DNA from: Spirogloea muscicola
Taxonomy: Eukaryota
DNA: 64,000 nucleotides
Reading direction: 5' to 3'
Assembly: GCA_009602725.1 (NCBI GenBank)
Contig: WELB01000006.1
Span: 722,344 to 786,343, forward strand
This document shows, piece after piece, positions 10,666-24,600 of the stretch. The translations under genes were made by a program, and so were the position numbers. A model generated the notes under the pieces. The model was not told the DNA's origin. It searched no databases and saw only the letters and a list, made by a program, of their open reading frames with translations. Numbering within the stretch: the first letter of the stretch is position 1; every line of letters starts with the position of its first letter.

Positions 10666-13600
10666 ATGGACGGCGGCGGCGGCGGCGGCGGCGGCGGCGC
10701 GGCGGCAGTGCGCGCCGTCGTGGAGAGCGACCGAGCCAGGATCATCGTGAGCGCCGCCACAGCCCCAGCCGGCCAACGAGGCGCGGGCGCCGCTCCACGC
10801 TGCTGCACTCCTCCCGTCGTGTCCACGGGAGTGCGGCCGGCTAGCGCCCTGCGCCGGCGAGCTGACGCGCCGCGCCTGCGACGCGCCCCGCCGCCGCAGA
10901 GCAGGTTCCAGGACGCCGTCGCGCAGGCGGCGCCGCCAGCGGACGTGGCCCTCCCGGCTCTCCACGAGGCCATCCGGTCGCAGGTCGTCACCCCCTTCCT
11001 TGCTTCCTCCCACTTTCCTAACGCATCTGAATGGCATGCACCTCACGGCTGCGACGGCGTCTGCAGAAGCCCGGCTCGACCTCGCTGCTGCCCGAGGAGA
11101 ACCAGCTGCTCGAGAACGGCCTGCGAGCACTGCTGCAAGCCCTCGTGGTGAGCGCCGGCCGCCCGACATTGCCGCCGCCACCTCGCCCGCTTCTAGCTTG
11201 CCTGGCGAGTGGCTCTTCGCGTCAACAGAGTCATCAATCCGCGTACCACGCTTGGCCGGCCCTGCACAGAGTAAGGCCGTGGCAGCAGGAGAGCCCGTGA
11301 TGCAGTATGGGCGCTCCATTGCCGAAGGTGAAGATTCACGCGGCCTCGTCACCAAGCTGCTAGGTAAGATAATGTATGACCATTAAAGATGTCCCAATCC
11401 AAAGCCCCTCCTTTGGTTGAGTTGCTAGCTCCTGCTCCTCATGGGCAGTCGTCCATGGCAGGCGCCAACAGGCTTCCAGATTGGCTGCTATTGTGCACGA
11501 TGCTGGAGCTCTACTTTTTTTTCAGTCAGGTTCTATAGTACTCACCAGCAGATCTATGAGGTAGGCTTGCCAAATGTTGATGGCATCATGTTAACCTTGT
11601 CTTTGTATTGACTTTCGTGTGGTCCTTCTTTGGCAGATATTACGCTCTACCTCTGTGAGCACCAGCACGTAGAAGGCGGCCTTGTCTTCACGCTCCTGGA
11701 GGACACCACGGAGTACTGCACCATCGCTGACTGCAAGGAGGTTTGTAGCCTTGCACCGCCGTTGGCCCCGTGCTCAATGACCATCATCAAGCATCCAGCC
11801 CACATCAAGCGCCACAAGTCGACTTGACGGTTTGCAGAGTCCTCTACAATGTCTGAATACAAGCTGACAGGGCCCCTGAGTTGCGGCAGGTATTTGCCTT
11901 CATAGAGAGCAAGCAAGACACGCTGGGCAAGGTGGGAGTTCAGAAGAGGCGCCTGTCTGCTGTGACCCCTTGGTATGACCTGCTCTAGTGCATCCCTGTG
12001 AACACTGATGAGTCGTGTGTCTGCCATCTCACCACTGAGTCATGAAAATGGACTTAGTGCAGGAGCACTTGTCATCACGAGGGAAGCTGCTCATGCTCCG
12101 CACCTGCAATCTACTTCTTCGCCGCTTGTCCAAGGTGATTATACATGGCAGCATCATTGCACAGCACCTTCGGGCATGGTAGGTAGCCTTGCTAGGCGGT
12201 GATGGGGCACGTTATTGTTCTCAAGACCCACACAAGTGTAGCAGTACATTTGTGCCTTTTGAAACCCATGGACATCTCTGGGAGTATAGGCCGGTGGATG
12301 TGAAGCAGATCTGCCATTCTACTGCTCCAGTCGCCAAGCACCCTTTCATGTGATTGCCAACCTCATCAAGCTCACATTTGAGTGAATCTTTGTACCCCGC
12401 AGACATATGATGTTGTCTTCTGTGGGCGGATTCTTATGTTCCTCACACACTTCTTCCCACTATCTGAACGTTCTGGTGAGCTTAATCAGAGGAGATTGCA
12501 ATCTAGGAGTTCCTGTTTGTCTTGACATGGCAGTATGCTTTGTTGCTACAGTGGAGGGCGCTACTTGGGAGGAATAACTATCACTGTCCTTTTGTTCCGA
12601 TTTCTCCCCATACTTCACTTGTCCTGCATTTGTCTACCTCATATAAGCTTGATCTTCATTCTTGCCCTTGTGATGCTTCAGGCGTGAACGTGAAGGGCGC
12701 CTTCAATACCTCAAATACTACTGCTTATGAGAAGGAACCCCCTGCCGGTTGCCTGGCATGCCTCCTGTCCTGGTCACTTGAAGCTGTCTTCAGACAGACT
12801 GCAGAGCCTGCATGAAGCCTTGCAAGCTTGCTGCCCTGGTACTGCAAGTATATCTATACATTCCACTTTTGTGGCAGGTCTTGACATCGACTTCCAGTTT
12901 TATACAACCTTCTGGAGCTTGCAGGTAATGAGAGTCACTTTTCATGCAGCCACCAGCAGCAGGCTTGGCTCGCATATGGCTTCCTGTACAGACATATTTT
13001 GCTTGTCGTGAAACAAGTATGCGTTAGCAGCACAGCTAGGCTATACGCTCTTAGCATCTGCCTTAGATGCTTTACATCTGCTCCTTGATTTTGCATCCCA
13101 CATTTCTGATTCTTGATTGCAGGAGACATTCTGTAACCCTCCTGCATTGCTTGCCTCTGCTAGATGGCAGAACTTCAGCACTGGTCTAACAGTACGTTCC
13201 AAGCTAGCTCCCTCTCGCATTTTATATTTCTTACTTGCATGCAGAAGCATGGCAGATACTCGTCATCTGCTGGCCAAGCACCAATGAGCTGTGGCATTCT
13301 CTGACTTTCGTCTCCTGTGGCAGACGGTACTCACCTTGTTTGAGGAGCAGCCTCTGGAGGAGGAGCAGAGCAAGAATGGTCTGGAGGATGGGACATACAA
13401 GACCAAGTTTCTAACAAGCACGAAGCTGATGGGATTGGAGGTATCCGGTCATGATATGGGCAAGTTCGCCGAGCAGTAGTATTGACAAAGTAGATGTGCT
13501 ACATCATCCTACTACAACAAATTGTCATGGTGATATGTTAGCGTCCTTCCAGATTGACCTGCAAGTCTGCTCCTAGAGCTGTCCGAGTCTTGTGAGACCT

Positions 13601-16600
13601 CTTACTTTGATTTGCTATTTTCAGCTCCGCGATCCAAGCTTTCGACGCCATGTACTCGTCCAGTGTCTGATTCTCTTCGATTTCATCAAGGTTAGATTTA
13701 CTCTACAAATGTTGTTGTGTTCTGGTATTATCAAGAATGATGCCACATCACGTCTGTGTGTCTGCCCTGCTTATTGAGATGATGCGGCTCAGACAGCAGC
13801 TTCCTGAGCAAATTGCAGAATCCACCCAAGGTGGAGAAAGAGAATGAGGACAAGCGCGAGATTGTGGTACATAAGCCCTGTCTTGGACTGCCTTCGGAGA
13901 CACCATCCTGCCTTTGGAAGTGACATCCGGGCAAAGCATTTGGCTTTTTCTTATTGTCGCTTAGACTCTGGAATTTTCATACTGTTTAATCTCATCTGTC
14001 ACAAGACTGGCATGTGCGTAGTGGAGGTTCACCTTTTGGTCATCTATATTGGTCACATAAATACAAGATGCAATGTAGAAGGAGCCTAGACTTATTTGTC
14101 AGGCAAGATATTTGGCTCGCAGTCTCTGACAGCTGTGGGACAACACAGTGAACTGATATTGAAGTAAAGTGCTCCTGGTAGAAGGAGGAGGCTGGCGCAC
14201 TTGAGGACAGGGTGAAGAGATTGCTACAAAGCACACCACCGAGGGGTAATGAATTCCTGAAGAGTGTGGAGCATGTGCTGAGTCGAGAGCGGAACTGGGT
14301 GGGCTCCTCTTCCTGATAAGCAAGTTGGGCAGCAATCCAGTATTTGAAACCACTTGAAATTGAGGCTCTCTGGGCTCTACGGTGACTGAAGACAAGTACA
14401 GCCTTGTTTGCTTGGTATGCAAAATTGAGATATTTGCAGAGCCATGTCACTTGTAGTATTGTACATGACTGACAGGGAGGCAAGTGTTTGCAGGTATTGT
14501 GGAAGAGGGAAACCTGCCCCGCTTTCGAGAAAGGGCCCACTGAGTTACCTCTTACCAGGCCTGAACCACCTCGAAAAAGGTGAGACGCTAGCTGTCCATC
14601 GGCACGCCTCTTCTCCTGGTTGTTGACATTATGCAATGGCTGTGCCATCAAAGAAATTTCAGCTCAATGTAATACCAGGGTTCTTCGCAAGAGCATTGTG
14701 ACCGTATTGTGCAAGAGCCACTTGACATTTGTGATACCAACTTGCACCCACACTTGTAAGCAGGCCGCGGTGGCGAATGGGCAATCGAGCCTTGGATCAG
14801 TTGGATCGCAAAGTGCAGCAACTAAAAGTAAGATTGCTCAACACTGTCATACATCATACATGGTTTGCAGGGTTCGATGAGCTGCCACATTATGCAAACA
14901 CTTCTCTTCGTCATTCTCGCAAAAGCTCAAGGCAATGGCTCTGGGAGTCGGTACTCTCCTCACTAATGCTGGCTTGCATGATCTTGCAGAATATTTTGAC
15001 TGATCCAGACGTGGTGAAAGTGCCCACGATGGCAGAGTACTTCCAGCCGCTTGCTGAGGATGTGAGTGCTACACTGCACCTACAATTCATGGACTTCTGT
15101 CCTTCGTACTGCACCCCTCAATCTGTGCCGGATGTAGCATTGGCATTTGTGCAATTGTTATCAGACAATGCATTCTCCATGGCACCATCTTTGTAGCCCT
15201 TCTGTGGCTTAGTGCATATAGCTCCTGTCTGGCTACTGCAGCTAGACCCAGATGCTGGCATTGGAGCCGAGTACAGTCACGCAAAGAATCAGGTTTCCTT
15301 TGCTCCTCAACATACATCCTGTGTGCCTGGGGCTTCTGCATCTATCCTGCATGTAGTTTGACAGTGATGGTCAACCATCTGGTCTATGGTGGTCAATGCA
15401 GGTCACTAAGGAAGGCTCCCCATCCTTGACTTTGCCTTAGGAAGATGGCAAGTCTAGCTACAGTGAAGCACAAGCTCGTTCTTATCTGATGGTGGAGGTT
15501 GGGACATGTTTGTGGCAGGTGTACTGCTGGCGAGGGCTGAGGTTGGCAGCCCGGCAGGACATCGCTGCATTTTCCAGGGTTCCCATCTGCCCTCTGCAGT
15601 TGCAATGTCTGTCGAATTGAACTGAAAGGCTTGGGAGTTACAGTGGAACTCTTGAGGTGCCTTGCTGTACCTCATGTTGACATTAGTGTTCTCCCTGGCA
15701 GAAACCTGAGATTTGCTATCTCAATCTGCTTGCAGTTCAGTGACCTGGGCATCGAAGGTGTTGTGCCCAAGGAGATGCTCGTTCCACAAGTACATGACAA
15801 GCTCTATGCAAAAGCTGTTGCCAAGCCCAAGGCTTCAGCAACAAAGGCAGCTGCTGCGGCAGCAGCTCCCAGCAGCTCTTTTGCAGCCCTTGAAATAAAG
15901 GTCATGATATTGGTTATCGCGACTTCCCGATATTAGCCTCTAACTGTCATATTAGACCTGGTGTATGCGAGGGTCTTCCCTTGTCTTGGCGGGCTTGTCT
16001 GGCAAGCGCGTGCTTCATGTTGCTTCTATGTTGCTCTGGGCATAAGCAACCAGGAGTTCTGAGACAAGTGTAGTCCGTTGTGCTTCTCAGGCTCTTGAGG
16101 TCATCAATGGCGAAGTCAAGCAGTCAAGCTGCAAGGATGAGGTTGCTCCATTTTCAGCAGAGATTGGCTCCTTGGGGGACTCAGGACAAGAAGCAAAAAT
16201 TACAGCAGACGAGAGTGCCGCTGGAATAGCAGACATGGAAGTCTCAGTCTCGATGCCCAACCTGCCTTCACCTGAGCTGGATACGCTGCTGGATACGCCG
16301 CTGGATCCGCCAAGGGATGTGGCTCAGGTTGATGACAGGATGTGCGCGCAGCAAGTAGAGCCTACTTCGCCTGCAGATGAGCAAGCGCAGGCTTCCCAGG
16401 CAGGAGATCCTGTATCTGCTGCGGACTCTCAATTGCCATCTGTGCTGAGCATACAGCAGCCAACCAGGATGGAGGAGGCTACAGCACTGGTGGAATCTAA
16501 TAGCTCGCCCATGGCGGCCATGGCAAAAGGCAGTCTGCTGGCTGACTCCAAGGCATTGCAGGAAGAGGACAGTGCGTGGGTGAAGATTGAGGAGCGGCAG

Positions 16601-16717
16601 CCAGGTCGGCCACCAGCGGTGGAGCTGCACTTTGACCTCGACTTTGGCCCCTCTGCTGGCACCATGCAAAAGGCAGATGAGAGTGGCGACACACCCAAGA
16701 TGCGACATCCCTTGTAA
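10666..16717 (+). CDS. THO1: THO complex subunit 1 (HPR1), multi-exon
   Basis: EENQLLENGLRALLQALV | EPVMQYGRSI | DITLYLCEHQHVEGGLVFTLLED | VFAFIESKQDTLGK | RGKLLMLRTCNLLLRRLSK | DVVFCGRILMFLTHFFPLSERS | VNVKGAFNTSNTTAYEK | KFLTSTKLMGLE | LRDPSFRRHVLVQCLILFDF | HVLSRERNW | VYCWRGLRLAARQD | FSDLGIEGVVP. Low-complexity last exon ends at 16717. Confidence 0.95.
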
Positions 16718-17438
16718 TATATCTTTGCCAGGCTGACTGGGACCATCCGTTTGCTGGCTGCAACGAGAATCGGCAATGCCTGGCTGCAGTGGTGTTAAGT
16801 TGGAACACGGTGGTGCTTATCTTTGCTCGATGCCATGCGGCAGATTGTGCACTACTTGCAACCTGCAAACCCGCTCAAGCAGGACTTAGAAGCCTGACGT
16901 TGAGCCGGGCTCTCATGGCCCATGGTTTGCACTTGCCCGTGGTGCACTGCATCCCAGAACATTTCGTGCATTTGTGGGGACCCTGGAGGTGGCACCGCAA
17001 AGCCGAGGCCCAGGCATGTACAGGCGCGGCTTGCCTGCTTGGCTTGCGGCCCGATGTTTGCAGCTCGACATGCGGGCAGGCAGTCTGGGGACAGGAGCAT
17101 GGGTGTGGAGGGAAGGGGTTCAGAGCCGCCATCTGCAGGTACGTGCCCTTCCGAAGGAGGAATCTCTTCCAGAAAAGGGCGAGGGCCGTGGAATGCCAGC
17201 ATGCGAAAGACTGGACAATGTCCAAAGGGGCCGAGAAGCGCCACAGCGGGCGGTGGCTGATACGAGTATCCAGCACAGAGTACTACACCTTGTCGAAGGG
17301 GGAGCCACGAACCAAGCTCTAACCCTAACCCCTTTTTCAGACGTCCTCTTCCGACAGTGGCAGCGCTAGGGCCGCGGGCAGCTCTCGGATTGCGGCCCCC
17401 GCCCCACCGCCTCTCTCCGCCTATCCACAGCAGCCGCG

Positions 17439-18436
17439 ATGGCGGCGGCGGCGGCTGCCGAGGCGGCGCCCGTGGAGGACGTGCTGCTCGACGGCGGCTT
17501 CGCCGCTCACTTCTCGCTGCTGCCCGTGAGCGCCGCCTCGGCACTGGAGAGCGGCGGCGGGCGGGGGCGGCGGCGGCGGCGGCCCTGCCCGCTGACGCTC
17601 CTGAGCCGCCTCTGAGACGGCCGAGGGAGGTGATGTCGCGGCTTACTGGGGCAGCTTGCGGCTGTGCAGTTTGTGGAGGCCCTGGCCGACGCCCTGGCCG
17701 ACGGCACAGGCGACGAGCGCGTCCAAGACCTGGTGGGCTGCCTTCCAGCCCGGCCCGCTCGTGCCCACCTCGCCCGGGCCCGGCCTGCAGCCGCCACTAC
17801 GATGAGGGGCCGGGGCCGCGCACGTCCAACTCCAGGGTCTGCTGTCGCGGGCTGCGCTCAAGCAGCCGCTGCATTGTGTGCTGCTCTTAAGACTACAGTG
17901 CTGGTGGCAGCGCAGGTTGGCGAGCTGGAGGCCCAGTTCGCGCGCTGCCTGCAGCTCCTCCAGAGCCTCGCCGCCGCCGGTACCCCTGCCGGCCGCCTGG
18001 TGGGGGCCCCAACTTCGCTGCTTGTTCAGGGCCGTGTGCGCCAGCCCGCTGCACACTGCCCTCGTCAAGCCTCCTCGACTCCTTGGCCAAGAGTGGTGTT
18101 GACCCTGGATTGTGGAGGCGCTCCTGCTCGCAGACGCTGAAGGAGCAGCGCCGCAAGCTTGAGGAACTCAAGAGGCGCCTCGAAGCCAGGAGGTTGGTGT
18201 ACACCCTCGCTTGGCACCAGGCTATGACATCATGGCTGATTCGAGCATCATCAATTTGGCCGAAGCAAGGCCAGTTGCTTGCATGAAAGAGCACGAAATC
18301 CACAGCTGGAGTGTGCAACGTTGCACATCCTTGAACAAGAGTAGTCCTCTAGGAAGCTCAGCCATGGCCCGCGGGTCCTCACAGGAACCTTATAGCGGAG
18401 CATGGCGCGGAGATCAGCAAGGCAATGCTCGTATAA
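17439..18436 (+). CDS. MED9: Mediator subunit 9 (plant type), 5 short exons
   Basis: Spliced: MAAAAAAEAAPVEDVLLDGGFAAHFSLLP|FVEALADALADGTGDERVQDL|VGELEAQFARCLQLLQSLAAAGTPAGRL|TLKEQRRKLEELKRRLEAR|RNLIAEHGAEISKAMLV*. Aligns by eye to the plant MED9 pattern (ASHFHL..LVEKL.DAVE.GTRD...DALV.EL..HF.KCQQLLNSI...Q.R.LEE....L.QRRDLI). Confidence 0.8.
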
Positions 18437-18697
18437 TACACCCTGTGAAGTGGTGGCATTGTAGCTCTGGCATGAGCTAGCTCGACAGGGGCCTCTGTCT
18501 TGGTCTACTTAACTGGGGTGGTAGGTGAGAGTCTTTAGAAACTCTGTTGCTGAGAGATGCTTCATACCAGGTGCTAGACATGGAGAATCTAGAATCTGCC
18601 AGCATCTGCTCAGAGCTTGCAGTCATCATATGCACAGCCCTACATGCATGCTTGCTCTTGCTCTTGCTAAATCTAAAGCTTCAAGGACCCGCAATGC

Positions 18698-21600
18698 TCA
18701 CTTCTGCTTGCCCAAGTACCTGTCTGCCAAGCTCTTGTAGCTGACTCTCTTCTTCTCTGTGCTCTGTGGAGTAGCAGCTGAGCTTCCAGATTCAAGGGCG
18801 GTACCTCCAAGGCTTGGGGGAGAGGAGAAGACTTCAGAGTCTGCCTTCTGTACTGAGTTAGGATGAGCAGCTGCAATGGAGAGGGGCACCTTGCTGACCT
18901 TGCCATCAGAATCAGAGAACCTCGGACCTCCTTCCTCACTTGTTGGACTTATGCCATAGCCCTGGGGCGGCCTGCCATGGCCTAGAAAGTCAGACAGCAT
19001 GGAGTCTGTTGCTGTGTTGTGCCTGTCTACAGCCCTGGTGCGACGGTCTTGACCTATCACCAGATCTTGGGACGTGCGCTCTTGTACATCTGGCACATGA
19101 CCAGTGTGGCTTGTCTCCTGTGCCGCCCTGTCCTGAGGTGCATCTATCGGTCGCCCACCATCCTCGCCTTGCTCCCATGCTTTTGACCTGGTCGCATTAA
19201 TTCCCACTTTTACATGCGAAACACTATCACTCTCCCTTGGCAGAGGTTCTGGCTGCTTGCGCAGCGAAATCTTCTCTTCGAGTCTTTCCGTCTCATCAGA
19301 CCTCCCCTGGTCCATGACTTGTACTCTGCGTCTCTTCGTTGGCTTCTTATCAGGCACATTCCGTTTGGCTTGTTGGCCTTTCCCTGATTGAGTGGTCAGC
19401 ACTTCATCCTTAGAAGCCTTGTCAATGGGTTGAGCTCGTCCTCGTCTTCTCATTGCCCTTGGCAACAGTCTGTCGCCAGATTTCGTCAATTTCCTCTCAC
19501 CATCCACATTCAAGTCTGCATCAGCATTTACGTCCGCATCACCTCTGCCAGCATATCACAACTTTTTGTATCAGCTCTCTAGCCACAGTAGTCTGTATCA
19601 GTGAACAGTCAAAGCATGAACTTATTTGGAATGGTGGCCAACAACCTGATGTTGTAATCCAGCTCCTTGATTCTGTAGCCTGTGGCGACTGAATCCTCAA
19701 TCCACGATTGCTTCACAATATGTACACTCCTTGACCTCAAGTATTTTGAAATTTCCTTCGGGACACTGCTTAAGTGGCAAGAAATGGGGAAAAGCGGAAC
19801 AAAGCTGATCATTGCATTACCGCAAGCACCCAGCCAAGCCCACCACTTCCCAAGCAGGCCAGCATTCATGTGCAGCACCAAATAATCTGCGGAGCCATGA
19901 ATCTCACATGCAACTCACCAGGCACACAAGTCCACGAAGCTGTAGGAGTTGTCATAACTGCAAGCGACTACATGTGTTACCCCAGAATTCAGGCATGTAG
20001 CCAACTGACCGCAGCCCATGGTAATCTCCAGCCCCAAGCGTCTTGTTGAGCACAAATCAGCAGCTTCGGCAAACAAGCCTTGAGGACCCCTGCAATGTCA
20101 CACCACAGTGATCCACCGCTGTGCAGTTCTCCAGATGCGATTGATTGCTGCCGACATCCTTGTAGCTAAAGACGACAGTGACACTGCAGGCAGGAAAACT
20201 GGTGTATCTTATATCACAAGCGTGGCCGCCCTAGGTCATCAGATCACCTTATGCCATAAGCCTGGAGTAGGTAGATGTGGCAACCCTGAAAGAGGTACCA
20301 CAAGCCGTCTGTACAACATTCACTTCTGCAGGCGTTGACCTCAGCACCGGATATGTGAATTGTGTCCACTGCTTGTAGCAGCTGCATGATTCCACTTGGT
20401 CATACATGAGTGGCTGTCCAGTACTCCTGGCTTGGAGCACAATGGACAACTTAAGGTGCATGTGCTGCTCAAGGCCTGTCATAATATGGTTGACAGATTG
20501 AAAGGCAGCCCGACAGCTAGGAAAGGCCACAATCCTTTCCACTTCAGGTGTAAATGTCACCTGCTGAAGATCAGCCTGCTCAAGTTTGTCTGTGTAGCTA
20601 TCGCCACTAGCATCCATTGTATCCCTCAATTTGGCTTTTGTTGCATCGGACAGGTGCAGATAATATCTGTGTGCAATATGGACACCTTCAGACAACAGCT
20701 GCAAACCACCAACCGAACTCGCCTTGAGCTGCCTCTGAATATGCTGGACTGCACTTGCACAGGTTTGAGTAATGACCGTACTTGGACTTCAAGGGCAAAA
20801 GCTTTTGCGCATGCAGACAATCCATGATCCAGCTGTAGTGGATGACATCCGTGCACCCTGCAGCAGCCTGGTACTTGATCCCTAGCCACGCCAGCAACCA
20901 TCAGCCATGTCAGCAGCGGGCTTGCTGCACAATAGTCGTCCACAAAGATTCGACTGTGCCCATTACAAGACTAGGTCTGCATGCCTGAGACTTCCTATGG
21001 GCCTAGACATTCAGTCAAGTCCAGTGTAGACAAATACCTCGTTTCTCAGCTGCAATTGTGTGTGTCACGAGTGGGCTCAAGCTCATTGAGAAGGTCGCTC
21101 CATGCTCAGTGATGAGAATATGACTTTTCTCCCTGGATAGGTCCTCAGAGAAGTTGGGAAAATCTAGTGGTCCGTGTCAAAGTCAGCTCAGTTGGATGTA
21201 TGGTTCATTGCAAGTGAAGTACGCTTTAAAAACGCCGCACATGCAGGCCAACGTGGGCTACATTATAACCTTAACTATCTCAGGTAGCAGGAAGCAATCA
21301 GACTACTTATTCATATTTCGTAGTGGAGGATACAGATTATCAATCCGCCAAAGAGATCAGACTTGCGCTGTACTTCTGAAACGTCAGTAGTGGTCAGGTG
21401 CTGTGGAAGCAGTGGACGTATCGCACTAACTGCAGCGCCGCCTTTCTTCTGCCGCTTTGGTTGCCGAAGCTCCAGAGCCGAGTACCTCTTGCCATCCACT
21501 GTCTGGCCTCCTCGTCCAGTGACTATCTCATATAAAGCTGCAGCATTGGAGTAGTAATGGAGTGGTTAGGACCAGCCATTGATGCTCCGTATCTGCAAGT

Positions 21601-24600
21601 GGAAGGCCTCCTGCTGATGAGCACTCTCAAGCAGCAGTGCTTGTGGCATATCAACGGACAACAATTGTATCATGACACACAAATACACTATGCTCTAGCA
21701 CGTTTGACTTTCACAAAGCCGACGAGTTCATGAAGCAGAGGCAATACAGCATAGACCACACGCATAGCCAAGATCTGCGCTGCAATGAGTGTTCTGATAG
21801 AATACACAGGCTACTGATGGCTGTCAAGCTGCTCACCATCCTTGTCAAGGCAATCATACCAAGGCTTGTCATAACGGATCTTCTGCACTCGAGGGAAGCG
21901 TAAGCTGTACGGCGTTGCAAAGACCTGAGAAAAGAGAAGTCAGGCACCTCAGTGGCTCTTTTCATTAAAACAACAAGCAACACACTTGGAACAGACAGTG
22001 TCTATGCGCCAGACAAAGCAGGATAATCACCTCTGATCTGATGGTCCGAATGTCACTCTTTATCTGCAAGATCACAGATCTGCAATCTCACAATCACAGA
22101 CCAGTCATACGCTGTGCAATTTGCTCTTCTCACACCTCTTACTGTAGAGTTCTTGAGAATTTTTCTGTGTTAAAAGCATTCGAGAAGTCTACTGCTTCTT
22201 TAGATTGCTCACTTCTCTGGCTGGTCAATCCAAAGGTCAGGCCTCTCCTTTGAGTGATTGGTAACAGTGTAGAAGCTTGGAGCTTTTGTGCCTCTTGCAT
22301 TGGGCCTATCAAAGAAAGGATCGACATGATCAGTGTCGACATGGACATATTGTGTGGCGCAGAACCACAGCTTTCTGACTTGATCATTAGATCCGTTCAA
22401 GTGGAGATGATGACTTTCTATGAGTAAGTGTTCTCCGTACAGTGGACTTGCAATAAGAAGAAGCCTGTCGAAGGCTGGCAGCAAGTAGTTGGGAGAAGTA
22501 AACCTCCAGAAAGGCTCAAGCTTCTGACGGAGCTCCCCCAGCTCTTCATTTGAGAAGCCTGTCCCTACCCGGCAGAATGAAATGAACCTGCAAGCATCCC
22601 TTGCCTCTTTACTGGACTGCAAAAAGACCTGTACAGATACCAGAGAGTATGGTAACATGGACAAGTCCAGCCCTTGGCACAACAGTATAGGGACAAGAAC
22701 CTTGTTGGGTTTCCTCCAGCTGGGTGTTTCTCGGCCAGACCAAGGAGGAAATTTGACACCTGCACAAGATGACCATATGGAAGGTCTTTGATCCCTGCCG
22801 CTTTGCATCGGCATGTCACTCGTGCTCCTTCACGAAACCAGGAGAACCCTCAGATCAGCGAGAAGCACTTGCAGCCGCCAAGGAATGTCCTACTGAAGAA
22901 GTGGTCGCTTACTTTACCACCTCGTCCTCCTTTCCCATAGTAACCTCCTGCAAGCACCAGTTACAGAGCGGATCGGGTTTTATTTCCAAGGTATTGTTCT
23001 TGGAGCTTTTAAGAGACAGTCTGAACCATAAGCATATCAGTGGGTGCCTATGGCTAGCAAGTGCTTGTAGCAAGAACGACACAGCATCTCCTTGCACCAA
23101 GTGTGTGCACCTATTATGAGGGCGTCAAGGTCAGACTCAACATTGACATAGTCTGGCTTGATCTTCAGCCATTTGCCAGATCTGTCTCCTGGCTCCCACT
23201 TAGATTCCATGTCCTTCAAAAGAACTCCCTCATCTCTGCACACTGTCACCGTTTGTCAAAGCAGCAAAATCTACACTTGTGAATAGCAGCGAGCCAAAGG
23301 ACTCATAATTAGGACCAAGAACCAACTTGCACCTGTTATCAACTGTCTCCAAGAAGAAGTGCTCAACCTCAGTCTCACTGGTTGCTATGGTTGACCAGAC
23401 AGGTTCGCCTGTATAAGCAGTCGAAGATGTCAGGGAACTATGAGAAGACTGATGACGTGCGCACTGTGCAGTTTGATGTATATAACACATGCTTGTTCGT
23501 ATGATCAATCAAGCAAAACCTTGTATGCTCATGCAGATGTCATTGTTGTGGATACGCCAGCTGTAACCGACCACAACCCACTGTGAGCAAGGATGCCAAA
23601 TGTTGCTATGGCTGACATACAAGAACTTGCAAATGAAGGACACACCAGGCTGACGTAGCTGATTGAGACCACTGCTAGGGGTGAGCACCTCCAGGCGCCC
23701 CTTGATGGGCTTCACCGAAGCTTCAAGAAGCTGTTGTCTCTCATGAAGCGCCTGGTGAATGACACTCCCCCCATCCACATATAGAACATCGAAGGCCACA
23801 TCTTGCAAAGGATCATGTCAAGGATACAGTCCCTTTCACTTCAAGTGAATCAGTCATAACAGTGAAGAGTACGACAGAGCTGCTCAAGCATCTGTGACTG
23901 TATAAGCTGGAGGTCAGCATGGTACTTCATCATGCAGCTGCTCAGTCTCAAAATGCACACAAGGGATACAGCAGAGCTGCAGGAAGAGCCACCACATGTA
24001 CCTGTCAAGTGTTTGAGTATGAACGTCTTTTGGCAGTCTGCCTACGCAAAGCATGTCTTCAACCCATGACTACCCGTGCCTTATCACCGGCTCTCGTATC
24101 AGCTTAACAAATTGTCTGACCAGAGTTGCTCTTGCAAAGCTAACAAGGACATTGTAACAGCCAACTTTGCATAGCTGATTGCTTCACAAATGACAAAGTG
24201 CACAGAGGTCACAAACACCTGCAGATGGTGTCCTTCAACACCGTCCCTTGCTGCCTTGGCTGGAGGAAGGAGTGATTCAATTACGTCGACGTTGTACGTT
24301 AGTGGAGGAGCAATTTACAATCTCAAAGTGTAAGCTGTGACCGCTATGCAAGCAACACGAAATGGGACCTAAATATGCAGTCAATGGCATGGGCATGCTT
24401 AAGACACCTGCTTCTTGATTGGCTCCAAAGTCTGCAAAACGGTTTGTGCTTCGGTCAAAGACCAGCATCTCCCCATCCAGAATACACCTGTCCTTGAAGC
24501 ACAAGTGATGACTAGTAAGGAAGATGTACATGTTTACCAGTGCATACTGCTATGCTGGATCTTCTTGCAACAGAAAGTTGCAAAGGAAAAAATCAATGAC

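Noticed and set aside
10540..10666. RPS14-THO1 fusion, or a retrocopy poly(A) tail
   Set aside because: The junction is an N-gap and the poly-T abuts it; most likely an artefact of an under-sized gap.
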